Shown: positions 27,061 to 37,100 of the stretch, piece by piece
Layout of the letters: the number at the start of each line of letters is the position of its first letter
Numbering within the stretch: the first letter of the stretch is position 1
Assembly: GCA_022508265.1 (NCBI GenBank)
Contig: JAFLVP010000003.1
Span: 39,500-103,499 of the forward strand
From: Clostridiales bacterium
GTDB taxonomy: Bacteria > Bacillota > Clostridia > Christensenellales > Borkfalkiaceae
DNA length: 64,000 nucleotides
Direction: 5' to 3'
Position numbers and translations under genes: made by a program
Notes under the pieces: generated by a model
Seen by the model: the letters and a program-made list of their open reading frames with translations, nothing else
Told to the model about the DNA's origin: nothing
The model's database searches: none

Positions 27061-27245
27061 TTAACGGCGCAAGCAGAACCACGCTTCTGCGACCGCGCAC
27101 CCGATTTGCGAATACCTTCGCCTCGGTGGAAGTGAATGCCCGCAATTCATCACTTGTTTGCCCTTAAATATTGCGGGCAGAGAAACTTAGTTTCTCAAAA
27201 TCACGAAAATTTGTTTTCGCAGAATAGAAAACAAATTTTGTGAAC
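27061..27245 (+). repeat. Family-1 mosaic hairpin repeat, best-preserved full copy
   Basis: H1 GCAGAA/TTCTGC, H2 GCGAA-TACC-TTCGC, H3 TGCCCGCAAT...ATTGCGGGCA, H4 GAGAAAC-TTA-GTTTCTC, H5 TCACGAAAATTTGTTTTC-GCAGAATA-GAAAACAAATTTTGTGA. Confidence 0.93.
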
Positions 27246-27250
27246 TTATT

Positions 27251-28330
27251 TTACTCTTCACCGGCAAGCTGGGCTTCGCGTTCCGCAACAGTCAAAGCCT
27301 CTATCATACTGTCTATATCGCCCATTATAAATTCCGTAAGGTTGTACTGCGAAAGCCCTATTCTGTGGTCTGTGACTCTGCCCTGCGGGAAGTTGTAAGT
27401 TCTTATTCTCTCGCTCCGATCCCCCGTACCGACGAGTGATTTTCTGTGTTCGTCGTACGCCGAGCGGTTCTGCGAATTGTAGTAATCGTACAGCCTCGAA
27501 CGCAGCACTTTAAACGCCTTGTCCTTGTTTTTAAGCTGACTTCTCTCGTCCTGACAGGTTACCACGAGCCCCGTGGGGAAGTGAGTAATGCGGATGGCGG
27601 TCTCCGTCTTGTTTACCTTCTGTCCGCCCGCGCCCGAGGAGCGGTATACGTCCACCCTTATGTCCTCGTCCTTTATCTCAACTTCGACGTCTTCCGCCTC
27701 TGGAAGCACCGCAACCGTTGCGGTGGAGGTATGAACCCTGCCTTGCGACTCCGTTTCCGGAACGCGCTGAACGCGGTGAACTCCGCTCTCGAATTTGAGC
27801 TGTTTGTAGGCGTTTTTGCCGCTGACGTTAAAGACAACCTCCTTGACTCCGCCCAGCTCGGTTTGGTTTAAATCTACAATCTCTGCTTTGAGTCTGTGCC
27901 TCTCGCAGTAGTTCAAATACATTCTGTACAGCTCGTAGGCAAAGAGCGCCGCCTCCTCGCCGCCTGCACCGCCCCTTATTTCTACGATACAGTTTCTGTC
28001 GTCGTTTTTGTCCTTGGGAAGGAGCAGAATTTTGAGCTCTTCTCTTAAAGATGCAAGCTTTTCACGGCAGGAGTACACCTCCTCCGAAAACATTGCCCTC
28101 ATCTCGGGGTCGCTCTCCGTCTTTTCCGCCTCCTCGGCGCCTGAAAGCTGTCTTTCGCACTCGGCGTATTCGGCATACTTTAATGCCGTTTCCGAAATTT
28201 CCGCCTGCGCTTTTGCAATCTCCGTCCAAAGCTTTGTATCGGAAATGATTGCGGGGTCGCTCATTTGCTTTGTGAGCTCCCCGTATCTCGCGTAAATATC
28301 TGCAAGTTTTTCAATCATCTTGTCCGCCAT
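27251..28330 (-). CDS. prfA: Peptide chain release factor 1
   Basis: 359 aa. PET tripeptide (VQRVPETE), which is RF1-specific, plus the GGQ motif (SGAGGQKVNK). Confidence 0.97.
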   Translation of the reverse strand: MADKMIEKLADIYARYGELTKQMSDPAIISDTKLWTEIAKAQAEISETALKYAEYAECERQLSGAEEAEKTESDPEMRAMFSEEVYSCREKLASLREELKILLLPKDKNDDRNCIVEIRGGAGGEEAALFAYELYRMYLNYCERHRLKAEIVDLNQTELGGVKEVVFNVSGKNAYKQLKFESGVHRVQRVPETESQGRVHTSTATVAVLPEAEDVEVEIKDEDIRVDVYRSSGAGGQKVNKTETAIRITHFPTGLVVTCQDERSQLKNKDKAFKVLRSRLYDYYNSQNRSAYDEHRKSLVGTGDRSERIRTYNFPQGRVTDHRIGLSQYNLTEFIMGDIDSMIEALTVAEREAQLAGEE

Positions 28331-28348
28331 AAAAGACCCGTTATTTAA

Positions 28349-30175
28349 CTAAAATGCTATTTTTACGAACCTGTCTACGCCCGATAGGTCCTTTTGAACC
28401 ATAGCAAAGTCGCGCTTGGGGAAGAGCTTGATTATATCTGTTGCCTGACCCTCTCCGCACTCCATAATGAGCATACCGCCGCTTACGAGGTAGCTTTTAA
28501 CCACCTTTGCTATTCGGCGGTAGAACTCAAGTCCGTCGCTGCCGCCGTCGAGTGCAAGCTTGGGCTCGTGCTCGCGCACTTCGCGCTGAAGATGGGGAAT
28601 GTCCCCGCTCTTTATATACGGCGGGTTGCAGACTATTATGTCGAACCTGCCCCTTACTTTCGTAAACAAATCGCTTAATACAAAGTCTATTACAACGCCG
28701 TTGCGTTTGGCGTTCTCCCGCGCAAGGGATATTGCGGCTTCCGAAATATCCGAGGCGGTTACTGTTAAATCCTCTCTCGCCTTTGCAACCGCCACGGCAA
28801 TACAGCCGCTGCCCGTGCACAAATCGAGAATTTTATTGCCCTCTTCGGCGGTCTTTACCACGATGTCGGCAAGAATTTCAGTCTCGGGACGGGGGATGAG
28901 CGCGCGCTCGTCCACCTTTATGGTGCAACCGTAAAACTCGGTGTCGCCGAATATATACCAAAGGGGTATGCCCGAAAGCCTTTTTTGCACTATTCCGTCA
29001 ATACGCTTGCTCTCCGAAACCAATACTTTCCGCTCTACCCCAAGCTGACTGCGGTTTACGTTTAAAACAAGCGAGTATATCCACTCCGCGTCGCTCTCGT
29101 CAATGCCCTCCGCCCAGAATTTTTTCTTGGTTTTATCAAGCATCTTTGTGAGCAGTCCGCTTGTAACGAAACTCGTTTCGGGAACACTCTCGTCCGCGTC
29201 CATTTCAAGCACCTTGTTGAACGCCGCTATTGCTACGGCGAGCATCTCCTCGTCGGGTTCGCGTGTGGTTAAAAGCTTTTGAAGCAACATTCCGGGCGCC
29301 TTGAATATATTTACGAAAGGGTTATCAAACCTTGCCAGAAATCTTAAAATCTCGTAGGAAATGCCCGTTATAACGGGAAGCAACACTATCTCCATACCTA
29401 TGCGGGCAAAGGCTTTTAAAACGCCGTTTTCGATACCGTCTATGCCCGTGAGCCAGCCGAAGAAAGAAAATATAAAAATATTAATTATTACTACTATGAA
29501 CAGAAACGAGGTTCCGCACCTGTCGTGTATTCGGGAAGCCTCCTTAACCTTTTCGGGAACGAGCTCTATGCCGTGTTCGTAGGCGTTAATAGTCTTATGC
29601 TCGGCGCCGTGGTACATATACAGCCGGCGTATATCCTTCATAAGGAGTATTGCCGCAAGATAAATTATGAATATAACAAGCTTTATTCCGCCGAGAATAA
29701 GTCCCGACCAAAGCCCCGCAAGCTCGTGTTGTTTAAGCGCGGGGAAAGCCTTTTGCAGAAGGTTTAAAAGTATATTGGGCACAACGATAAATATGCCGAC
29801 CGCGAGCACTATGCCGACGACTATTGCAACCCACGAAAGAATCGAGGACAGGCTTACCTTAAACTTGGAGGCAACGAAGCTTTCTACCTTGCCCGCCTCC
29901 TCGTCGTCGTCACCGTAGACGTCGGCAGAGCGCATAAGCGTTTTGCTTCCGCGCATAAGCGAAGAAAACAGGTTGACGACGCCGCGCACAAAGGGGATTT
30001 TAGACGCCCTCTGCGCGTGAACGCCCTTATTCAGCCTCTTGGACTCTATCTGAATTTGTCCGTCGGGGTCACGGACGGCGGTTGCCATAGAGGTCTTGCC
30101 CATCATCATAACGCCTTCGAGCACAGCCTGCCCGCCTATATAGGTTCCGCACTTTTTTACTTTTTTCTTTCCCAT
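28349..30175 (-). CDS. prmC: Fusion protein: N-terminal DUF1385 membrane domain plus C-terminal release-factor glutamine N5-methyltransferase PrmC/HemK
   Basis: 608 aa in a single frame. Residues ~1-330 carry YIGGQAVLEGVMM and YHGAEHK (DUF1385). Residues ~340-608 carry LDLCTGSGCIA (SAM-binding) and NPPY. Confidence 0.88.
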   Translation of the reverse strand: MGKKKVKKCGTYIGGQAVLEGVMMMGKTSMATAVRDPDGQIQIESKRLNKGVHAQRASKIPFVRGVVNLFSSLMRGSKTLMRSADVYGDDDEEAGKVESFVASKFKVSLSSILSWVAIVVGIVLAVGIFIVVPNILLNLLQKAFPALKQHELAGLWSGLILGGIKLVIFIIYLAAILLMKDIRRLYMYHGAEHKTINAYEHGIELVPEKVKEASRIHDRCGTSFLFIVVIINIFIFSFFGWLTGIDGIENGVLKAFARIGMEIVLLPVITGISYEILRFLARFDNPFVNIFKAPGMLLQKLLTTREPDEEMLAVAIAAFNKVLEMDADESVPETSFVTSGLLTKMLDKTKKKFWAEGIDESDAEWIYSLVLNVNRSQLGVERKVLVSESKRIDGIVQKRLSGIPLWYIFGDTEFYGCTIKVDERALIPRPETEILADIVVKTAEEGNKILDLCTGSGCIAVAVAKAREDLTVTASDISEAAISLARENAKRNGVVIDFVLSDLFTKVRGRFDIIVCNPPYIKSGDIPHLQREVREHEPKLALDGGSDGLEFYRRIAKVVKSYLVSGGMLIMECGEGQATDIIKLFPKRDFAMVQKDLSGVDRFVKIAF

Positions 30176-30194
30176 ATCACAACACCGCTACGTT

Positions 30195-30223
30195 TAAAAA
30201 AATTACGGCTCTTTTGAGCCGTA
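30195..30223 (-). terminator. Intrinsic terminator after rpmE
   Basis: Minus strand: TACGGCTC-AAAA-GAGCCGTA followed by ATTTTTTTA. Confidence 0.8.
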
Positions 30224-30237
30224 TTCGCAGACCATAA

Positions 30238-30441
30238 TCAAATGCTGTATCTTTTTTTGAACTTATCTACACGGCCGCCTGTATCTACCAACTTCTGCTT
30301 GCCGGTAAAGAAAGGATGGCATTTGTTGCAAATGTCCACTTTCAGCGTATCAACCTTCTTGGTGGTACCCGTCTTGAAAGTAGCCCCGCATGCGCAAACA
30401 ACCGTTACATCGTGATAGTTAGGATGTATCTCGGGCTTCAT
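30238..30441 (-). CDS. rpmE: 50S ribosomal protein L31 (Cys-containing type A form)
   Basis: [19 protein letters not shown]...[10 protein letters not shown] is canonical L31 with CxC...CxxC. Confidence 0.96.
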   Translation of the reverse strand: MKPEIHPNYHDVTVVCACGATFKTGTTKKVDTLKVDICNKCHPFFTGKQKLVDTGGRVDKFKKRYSI

Positions 30442-30612
30442 CTTTTCACCTCGCTTAATTTTGACTTACGGACGCAAAATATACTTGCGCCCCATACATA
30501 AGTCATTATATAACAAGTCGCGCGAAGCAGTCAAACGATTTTAACCGCGTTTAACAAAAAAAGATGAGTATTTGCGTTAAGTTGGCAATTTGCCAAAAAA
30601 CGGTAATTTTAG

Positions 30613-30641
30613 TTGCAAATATTTAAAAATGAGCGTATAAT
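30613..30641 (+). promoter_or_regulatory. Sigma-70-type promoter, essentially leaderless with respect to the ATG at 30651
   Basis: TTGCAA, 17 nt spacer, TATAAT, then 9 nt, then ATG. No Shine-Dalgarno sequence. Confidence 0.6.
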
Positions 30642-30650
30642 GGGCGTACA

Positions 30651-31673
30651 ATGTCTAACTGGGTATTGAAAGGCGTAAAAACGCTTGAAGATGAACAAGA
30701 GAGCGTAAACATTACCTCTCCCACACAGGTAAAGGTCAAGGTATCGCACCTGATGATTACCGACTACGACGCAATGCTGTACAGCGGCAAAATCAAGACT
30801 GATTACCCCATTATACCGGGGCGTGCTGCCGTCGGCATCGTAACCGAGGTCGGAGAAAACTGCTACGGTATGGAAAAGGGTATGCGGGTTTATTTCAAAC
30901 CTACGCGCGCCTGCGGAAGCTGTCTTTCCTGCCTCGGCGGCAAGAAGAGAGACTGCACCACCTTGAAACTCGCGGGCAGAGACTTTAACGGGTTCTTGCG
31001 CGATTTCGTGGTCTGCGACCAATCCGAGGTTGCCCCCCTGCCCCAGTCGGTTGACGAATTCCGCGCCCTTTGCATAGAAACTATCGGAATAGCCGAAAAT
31101 ATCTATAACAAACTCAATCTCTCCGCAGGTCAGAGAGTTGCGGTTATAGGCGCAGGCTTCGAAGGCAACGTAATTGCCCAAGTGCTTTTGTACCACAAGA
31201 TTATTCCCATAGTTATAGACGGCGATATTTCAAAGCTCGAAATGGCAAGGAAATGCGGTATCTACTTCACTTACGAAGCGGACGACAAGCTGACGGACTG
31301 CATTGTAAACACCACGAGCGGAGATATGTGCGACGCGGTTGTGTACTGCGCAAACTCCAACCTGCCTATAAATACCGCCATAAATATAGCGGGTTACGGC
31401 AAAAAGGTGGTTTTGTGCGGGCAGACTGGTTTCGGCTCTACCCTCAATGCGGGCAAGCTGTTCGATAAGAACCTGACCGTATTCGGAATAAGCAACGCGT
31501 TTACCTATACCGACACCGTAATAAATATGCTCGTAAACAATGCGGTAAATCTCGATTTCTTTGAGCGGGAAACACTGACTTCGTTCGACCCCGCCGCCCT
31601 TTTGGAGGAGCGCGCTAACGATATAGCGCAGTCCAAGGAAGGCACTATGAAGATATTGAAAATGGTTCTCTGA
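30651..31673 (+). CDS. Zinc-binding medium-chain dehydrogenase/reductase (alcohol/polyol dehydrogenase family)
   Basis: 340 aa. GroES-like N-domain with PIIPGRAAVGIV and a structural-zinc Cys cluster CGSCLSCLGGKKRDC. Rossmann VAVIGAGFEG. Confidence 0.85.
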   Translation: MSNWVLKGVKTLEDEQESVNITSPTQVKVKVSHLMITDYDAMLYSGKIKTDYPIIPGRAAVGIVTEVGENCYGMEKGMRVYFKPTRACGSCLSCLGGKKRDCTTLKLAGRDFNGFLRDFVVCDQSEVAPLPQSVDEFRALCIETIGIAENIYNKLNLSAGQRVAVIGAGFEGNVIAQVLLYHKIIPIVIDGDISKLEMARKCGIYFTYEADDKLTDCIVNTTSGDMCDAVVYCANSNLPINTAINIAGYGKKVVLCGQTGFGSTLNAGKLFDKNLTVFGISNAFTYTDTVINMLVNNAVNLDFFERETLTSFDPAALLEERANDIAQSKEGTMKILKMVL

Positions 31674-31689
31674 CTTGCGCATTTTATTT

Positions 31690-33105
31690 ATGCCAAAGTT
31701 TTTGAAGGTTATATTTTCACTCAATTTTTTGTATATAATTCTGATTGCGGCACAGGTTGCCGCAATTATTTTTTTGTGCGTATATATCCCCTCCACTCTG
31801 CCCCTCGCACTCGCCTTTGCCGCCGTTTGGATTCTCGACGCGATTTGCGCACTTATACTCTTTTCCAAAAAAGGTGCGCCCGAAGTAAAATGCGTGTGGT
31901 TTCTCTTGATTGCCGCTCTGCCCGTCGTGGGAGCGATAATATACCTTTTTGCATCTTCGGACAAGAGGCCGTGCGGCACGCTTAAAATCGTATGCGAGAA
32001 CGGGACGGGCTTGAACGGAGCCGCAAATTTACTGTGCGGAACCACTTTGGCGGGGTATGAAGACGCGGTGTATTTCCCCGACGGCGAAAGCTTTTTCACC
32101 GCCGCCGTTTCCGAGATAGAGAGGGCGAAAAAGAGCGTATATATCGAGTTTTTTATAATCGAACGCGGAAATCTGTTCGAAAGGGTGCTTGCCGCATTAA
32201 AAAAGGCGAGAGAGCGCGGCGCGGAGGTCAAGATGATTTCCGACGGCGTGGGTTCGGCGTTCAGACTGCGCAAAAAGGAGATAAAGCGCCTTAAAGACGA
32301 GGGCGTTGAAATAAAAATTTTTCATAGAATTACCCCCGTTGCCCGCACCAAACTCAACCTGCGCGACCACAGAAAAATTATAACGGTTGACGGAAAAGTT
32401 GCGTTTACGGGTGGAGTTAATCTTGCCGACGAGTATATAAATATCGGCAGTCCCTACGGGTATTGGAAGGACGCGGGCGTAGCCGTCTACGGGGAGGCGG
32501 CAAAAATTTTCGAGGGGATGTTCCTTGCCCTGTTCGAGGGAAATTGCAAAGAAATTCCAGTGCCCCGACAAGGTAAAAAGAACTGTCTGCCGATCTGCGA
32601 CAGTCCGCCCTTAAATTCAATCTGCGAGGACGCCTACGCGTGCGCAATTTGCTCCGCCGAGGAGCGTATTCATATTATGACCCCCTATTTTTGCCCGAGC
32701 GACAAGCTTTTATCCGCGCTTGCGTTCGCCGCCCGTCGGGGTGTGGACGTAAAAATTATTCTGCCACATATCCCCGACAAGAAATACGCATTTGAAATTT
32801 CCAAGGCGTACGCCCGTTCTCTTATCCCCTGCGGGGTTAAATTTTACGAATACACCCCCGGCTTTATGCACGCAAAAAACGCTATTTTCGACAACAGGTG
32901 CTTCATTGGGAGCTATAACTTCGATTTTCGCTCCACCCACTTCAACCACGAGTGCGGAATTATGTTCGAGGACGAAATGACGGTTGAGGCCGAAAAGGAT
33001 TTTGAAAAATGCCTTGTCCTCTCCTCCCCCTTTGCCGAAAATAAAATTTCGCCGATGAAAAAATTTGCGGTATTTATACTCAAAATCTTTTCCCCCCTTA
33101 TGTGA
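31690..33105 (+). CDS. cls: Cardiolipin synthase (PLD superfamily, two HKD motifs)
   Basis: N-terminal TM pair, HRKIITVDGKVAFTGGVNLADEY and HAKNAIFDNRCFIGSYNFD. The start could also be the TTG at 31675. Confidence 0.92.
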   Translation: MPKFLKVIFSLNFLYIILIAAQVAAIIFLCVYIPSTLPLALAFAAVWILDAICALILFSKKGAPEVKCVWFLLIAALPVVGAIIYLFASSDKRPCGTLKIVCENGTGLNGAANLLCGTTLAGYEDAVYFPDGESFFTAAVSEIERAKKSVYIEFFIIERGNLFERVLAALKKARERGAEVKMISDGVGSAFRLRKKEIKRLKDEGVEIKIFHRITPVARTKLNLRDHRKIITVDGKVAFTGGVNLADEYINIGSPYGYWKDAGVAVYGEAAKIFEGMFLALFEGNCKEIPVPRQGKKNCLPICDSPPLNSICEDAYACAICSAEERIHIMTPYFCPSDKLLSALAFAARRGVDVKIILPHIPDKKYAFEISKAYARSLIPCGVKFYEYTPGFMHAKNAIFDNRCFIGSYNFDFRSTHFNHECGIMFEDEMTVEAEKDFEKCLVLSSPFAENKISPMKKFAVFILKIFSPLM

Positions 33106-33153
33106 CATTGACAAGCGCGGTATACAGTGGTAAGATATACGAAAGGTGAAACT

Positions 33154-33681
33154 ATGATTTTTGTTATTGCTTCGGATATACACGGTTCGGCGACCTACTG
33201 CAAGAGGCTTGTTGAAATTTTCAAGGAGGAAAAAGCCGATAAGCTCCTTTTGTTGGGGGATATTTTATACCACGGACCGAGGAACCCCCTCCCCGACGGC
33301 TACGCTCCTGCCGAGGTTGCTAAACTACTTTGCGAGATAAAAGATAAGATTATGTGCGTCAGAGGCAACTGCGACAGCGAGGTTGACCAGCTTGTTCTGC
33401 CCTTTAACGTCTTATCCGACTATGCGGCGGTCTATGCGGACGGATTGAATATTTACCTCTCGCACGGGCACAGAGAAGTTCCGCCTCTTTTAAAAGGGGA
33501 TATTTACCTCACGGGGCATACCCACGTTCCCTTAAAAGAGGACTGCGGGTATATTCATCTGAACCCCGGCTCCGTTTCCCTGCCCAAAGAGAACAGCCCC
33601 CACTCCTATATCCTCTACAAAGACGGAACCTTCTATTTTAAGACTTTAGACGGAAAAATTTACGATAAAATTCAATTATAA
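33154..33681 (+). CDS. YfcE/MJ0936-type metallophosphoesterase
   Basis: ORF trimmed to MIFVIASDIHGS, preceded by AAGGTGA. GDILYHGPRN, GNCD and GHTH motifs. Confidence 0.88.
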   Translation: MIFVIASDIHGSATYCKRLVEIFKEEKADKLLLLGDILYHGPRNPLPDGYAPAEVAKLLCEIKDKIMCVRGNCDSEVDQLVLPFNVLSDYAAVYADGLNIYLSHGHREVPPLLKGDIYLTGHTHVPLKEDCGYIHLNPGSVSLPKENSPHSYILYKDGTFYFKTLDGKIYDKIQL

Positions 33682-33685
33682 ACTA

Positions 33686-33716
33686 AAAAGCCCTGCACCG
33701 AGTGCAAGGCTTTTTC
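33686..33716. terminator. Bidirectional intrinsic terminator
   Basis: AAAGCCCTGCAC-CGA-GTGCAAGGCTTT (one mismatch) flanked by A and T runs. Confidence 0.75.
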
Positions 33717-33729
33717 AGTTGTTTTTTAA

Positions 33730-33963
33730 TTAGGTTAAAATAAGTTTCTTCTGTAATAAGCACGAGAACAAGTCGATCCAGCCGAGTAAAATACCGGTAG
33801 GAAGAATTGCGAAGATGAGCACAACTACCTGTGCTAATCCCTTGCCGTGCAATGCCGCCGAAACACGGACTACGATTTCAGTAACCCAGTTAACGCCGGG
33901 GATTAAAAGCAAGATAATCTGGATGAGTCTGGGCAACTTTTGGAAGCTCTTATTGATGGACAT
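33730..33963 (-). CDS. Small two-TM membrane protein, unknown family
   Basis: 77 aa with two hydrophobic helices (IQIILLLIPGVNWV...; VVVLIFAILPTGILLGWIDLF). Last gene of the minus-strand block. Confidence 0.6.
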   Translation of the reverse strand: MSINKSFQKLPRLIQIILLLIPGVNWVTEIVVRVSAALHGKGLAQVVVLIFAILPTGILLGWIDLFSCLLQKKLILT

Positions 33964-34065
33964 AATTTCAACTCCTTATAAAAATTTATTTATATTTATA
34001 TTATATCATATGTATAAAATTTGTCAATAATTTGACAAGCGTAATTTATTGACTTACCTTTTAAA

Positions 34066-34100
34066 ATATAAAAGAGGCACAAAAAGTGCCTCTTTTGTGT
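34066..34100. terminator. Intrinsic terminator after the 1009-aa gene
   Basis: AAAGAGGCAC-AAAAA-GTGCCTCTTT with T-rich flanks on both strands. Confidence 0.75.
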
Positions 34101-34114
34101 TGTGTTTATAAATA

Positions 34115-37100
34115 TCAGTATCCGCCGTCGTAGCCGGAAGCGCTATCTCCGCATGTAGCCATTACTCCAAAAGTTATACCGAGCATTGCAACGCAAGCCA
34201 TCAAGCCGATTATAGCAATTACCATTGCGACGGTGTATTTGACGTCTGCCTTGCGACCTTCTGCCTTGGCTGCCTTTCTTTGAGCGTTGGCGTTTCTCAA
34301 TACGAATACGTAGCCCACACCGAGAACGATTGCGCCTATTATGGTCGTAATCATCATTCCGACGGGAGCGTAGTAGGACTCAAGCAACCGGGGTATCACA
34401 AGACCCATGAATAAACCTGAAATAACGTACAGAACTATGCTGATAAGGAGCAAATGCAGAGGATTAGTCACTTTGCCCATACCGAACGAAAGGACTTTAG
34501 AGCTTGTGGAGCTTGAGGAATTGGAACGAACGGGCTGGCTTGCGGGTTTAGCCGCTACCGCTACCGGCGCACCTCCCTCGGTCTGCTGAATCTGTTCTTC
34601 GCCGATTGCGCCTGCAGACATCTTGCCCTTTCTCTGATAGGTAACCTTGTTGGGGATTTCCTTGATAATTGCGTCCTTTGTTACGGTCTTCTTCTTCAAG
34701 CAGCCGCTCTGGAAGGAGAACGAACCGCCGTCGGGCTTGCCGAATACGGCAACGTCCTTGAAGGTGTCCTTTTCGATATTGTAGAGGAGCAACGACTTAA
34801 TCTTACGGGTTTCGTAATGGGTGTCGTAGTTGCCCTTGTCGTCCGTAGGAATTGAGACGGAATAGGTAACCGTAGAGGTCTTGTAGAGGTAGAGCTCGTC
34901 GTCATCGTACTTGTTTTCCGTTGCGTTGGAAACGTCGAAGGCAATCTTGGTGAGGTTATGTCCCACTTTGTCTACCTTGTAGAGCGACTTGGAATATGCG
35001 CCCTTGCCGCCCGCGTCTACGACGCCGATATATTCCCTCTTTAAAAGATAGATAGCGTCGCGCGTAATCTTTACGAGCTCCTGAACGTCGCTTAAAATGA
35101 CCTTGTTGGAGGTACCGTCCTCTCTTACGATGCGGAGAGCACCGCGGGTGTCGAGATAGTAAACGTGACCGTCCTGGAAGTCGATAAGTTCGTCGTACTG
35201 CGTGCAGAGAACCACGCTCTTTTTGCCGTCTACGCTTATCTTCTTGAGAGCTGCGTTCAAGCCGCTGCCGACCTTGACGTAAAGCCATCCGCTGCGAACG
35301 ACTGCCGAGCCGAGACCGCCTGCGTTGGGCATAATTTCCTGCTTGTCGGAGCCGTCGGTGTTGATGGAGTACAGGGTAACGTTGTTGTTGTTACCGACGT
35401 AGTAGTAAATCTTACCGTCGATAGTTGCGTAGTAGTCGTAAACGTTTTTATCGAGCTTGGTCTTCTCTCCGTTAGCCAGATTGAGGCTGTACAGATCCAT
35501 ATTGTAGTTGTTGGGAACCCAAAGGAAGTAAATTACCTTGCCGTCCACAACGTCCACGATTTGGGTGTCTGCACTCAAAACGGACTTAACCTTCTTGGTG
35601 TCCATATTGAAGGAGTAGAACATCTCTACGTCCTCGCCGTGCTCGCCCTTTGCAGCGGTGGTATAGAAAATCTGATTGCCGTACTTATCCATTATGTCGA
35701 TAAGTTCGGGAATAACGGTATCAGCCGTGCCGTTTGCGAGGTTCAGGGAAAGAAGTGCGTAGTTGTTCCTGTTGGAAATTTTAACCTCGTCCTTCTTCTT
35801 TTTGAAGAGGCTTGCAAAGCAGCCTGCCTTTTCCTGCGTAACAGCCTTGAGCTTTGTGGTTATGTAGAGGTTGGTGCCCGAAATAAAGTACTTGGTCTTG
35901 CCGCTTGCGTCGTTGAAGTCGCCCTTGCCTGCCTTATGTACTTCTGTTTCAGCCGCTTCTGCCGCATTGGAGTTGAAGGTGCAGAGCGTCTTATCCTCTT
36001 TGATATATACGAGATATCCGCCGAAGTGAGCGAGAATATCGGTAATTCCCTTAATAACGGGAGCTTTCTCCTGCTTCGTGTCCTTGATTTCGTACAAATC
36101 GTAGTGCTTGGTTCCGTCTACCTGCTCTGCTTCCTCGGGTGCCTGCTGCTTGTTGCCGAGGTTGAGCTGGAATACGGGAGCGGCGCCCTCTTTGAGGATG
36201 TAGTACTTGTTTGCAAGGCGGATGATAAGTCCGTCGGTAATCGAGAACGAGAAGTAAGCGTCGAGCTTTTTGATATAGTCCTCTGCGTCCTTGTAACCGT
36301 TGATTTTGGTAAAAGCAGCAAGAGTTGCACGTCTGTCTGCGCCTGCCTTGTAGTCGGTAACTGCTTTGGTGTAAATTTCCTCGGCATTTATACCCTGTGC
36401 GGAAAGCTTGTCGCTGATGTGCTTCTGCTTCTGCTGATAAGCCTGCTCGTAGCCGGGAAGCTCTTTATAGCCCTTCACAGGCTTAACCGAGGCAATTTTC
36501 TGCTGTAAGTGAGAAAGCTGTGCGGAAAGCTGGGTTGCAACTGCGGGGTTGCCCTTATATTTTTTATAGTACTTGATGGCATTATCAAGCTTTTTGATTA
36601 CGTCGCTGCCCTTTGCGGAGATAGTCGAAGCGATGAACGAATATGCGTCGTAGTAGATGAAAGCGTTTGCAAGGTCGTCCGATTTAACGTACTCTTTAAA
36701 AAACTTCTCTTCCAAGGTTGCAAGTCCGTTTATCTTCTTCAAAAGAGGGTCGGAAAGCGCCTTGAACTGCAACTCCCAAGTTGCGGGGTTGGCGGCACTC
36801 TTTACGAGGATTTTGTCCACCATTCTGTCGATTGCGGGAATTGTAAGCTCGCTCGTAAGAATGAAATCGTCCCAATTGTAGGTATCGAGACAGTTTTCAA
36901 GGTAAGCAAGTGCAGACTCTGCGTCGTCTGCATACGCAACGAGTGCGTCGCCTGCGGGCAGACCGCCTATTACTGCAGAGGACATGCCGTCTGATGACGG
37001 TTTGTTCTCCAACTCTTTGATTGTCCAACGGCGCTGACAGCAAGAGCAGAACTCGGAGTCTGTTGCATTTCCCTTGTCGGGTTTGGCGTCGTGGAGAATC

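Noticed and set aside
31230-32273. 347-codon ORF on the minus strand
   Set aside because: It is antisense to the 3' end of the dehydrogenase and the 5' end of cls, both of which have diagnostic motifs. The frame is a shadow ORF.
35165-36508. 447-codon ORF on the plus strand
   Set aside because: It is entirely antisense to the 1009-aa gene, has no RBS, and its composition is Val/Leu/Cys-rich and typical of a shadow frame. The minus-strand product has clear domain logic.
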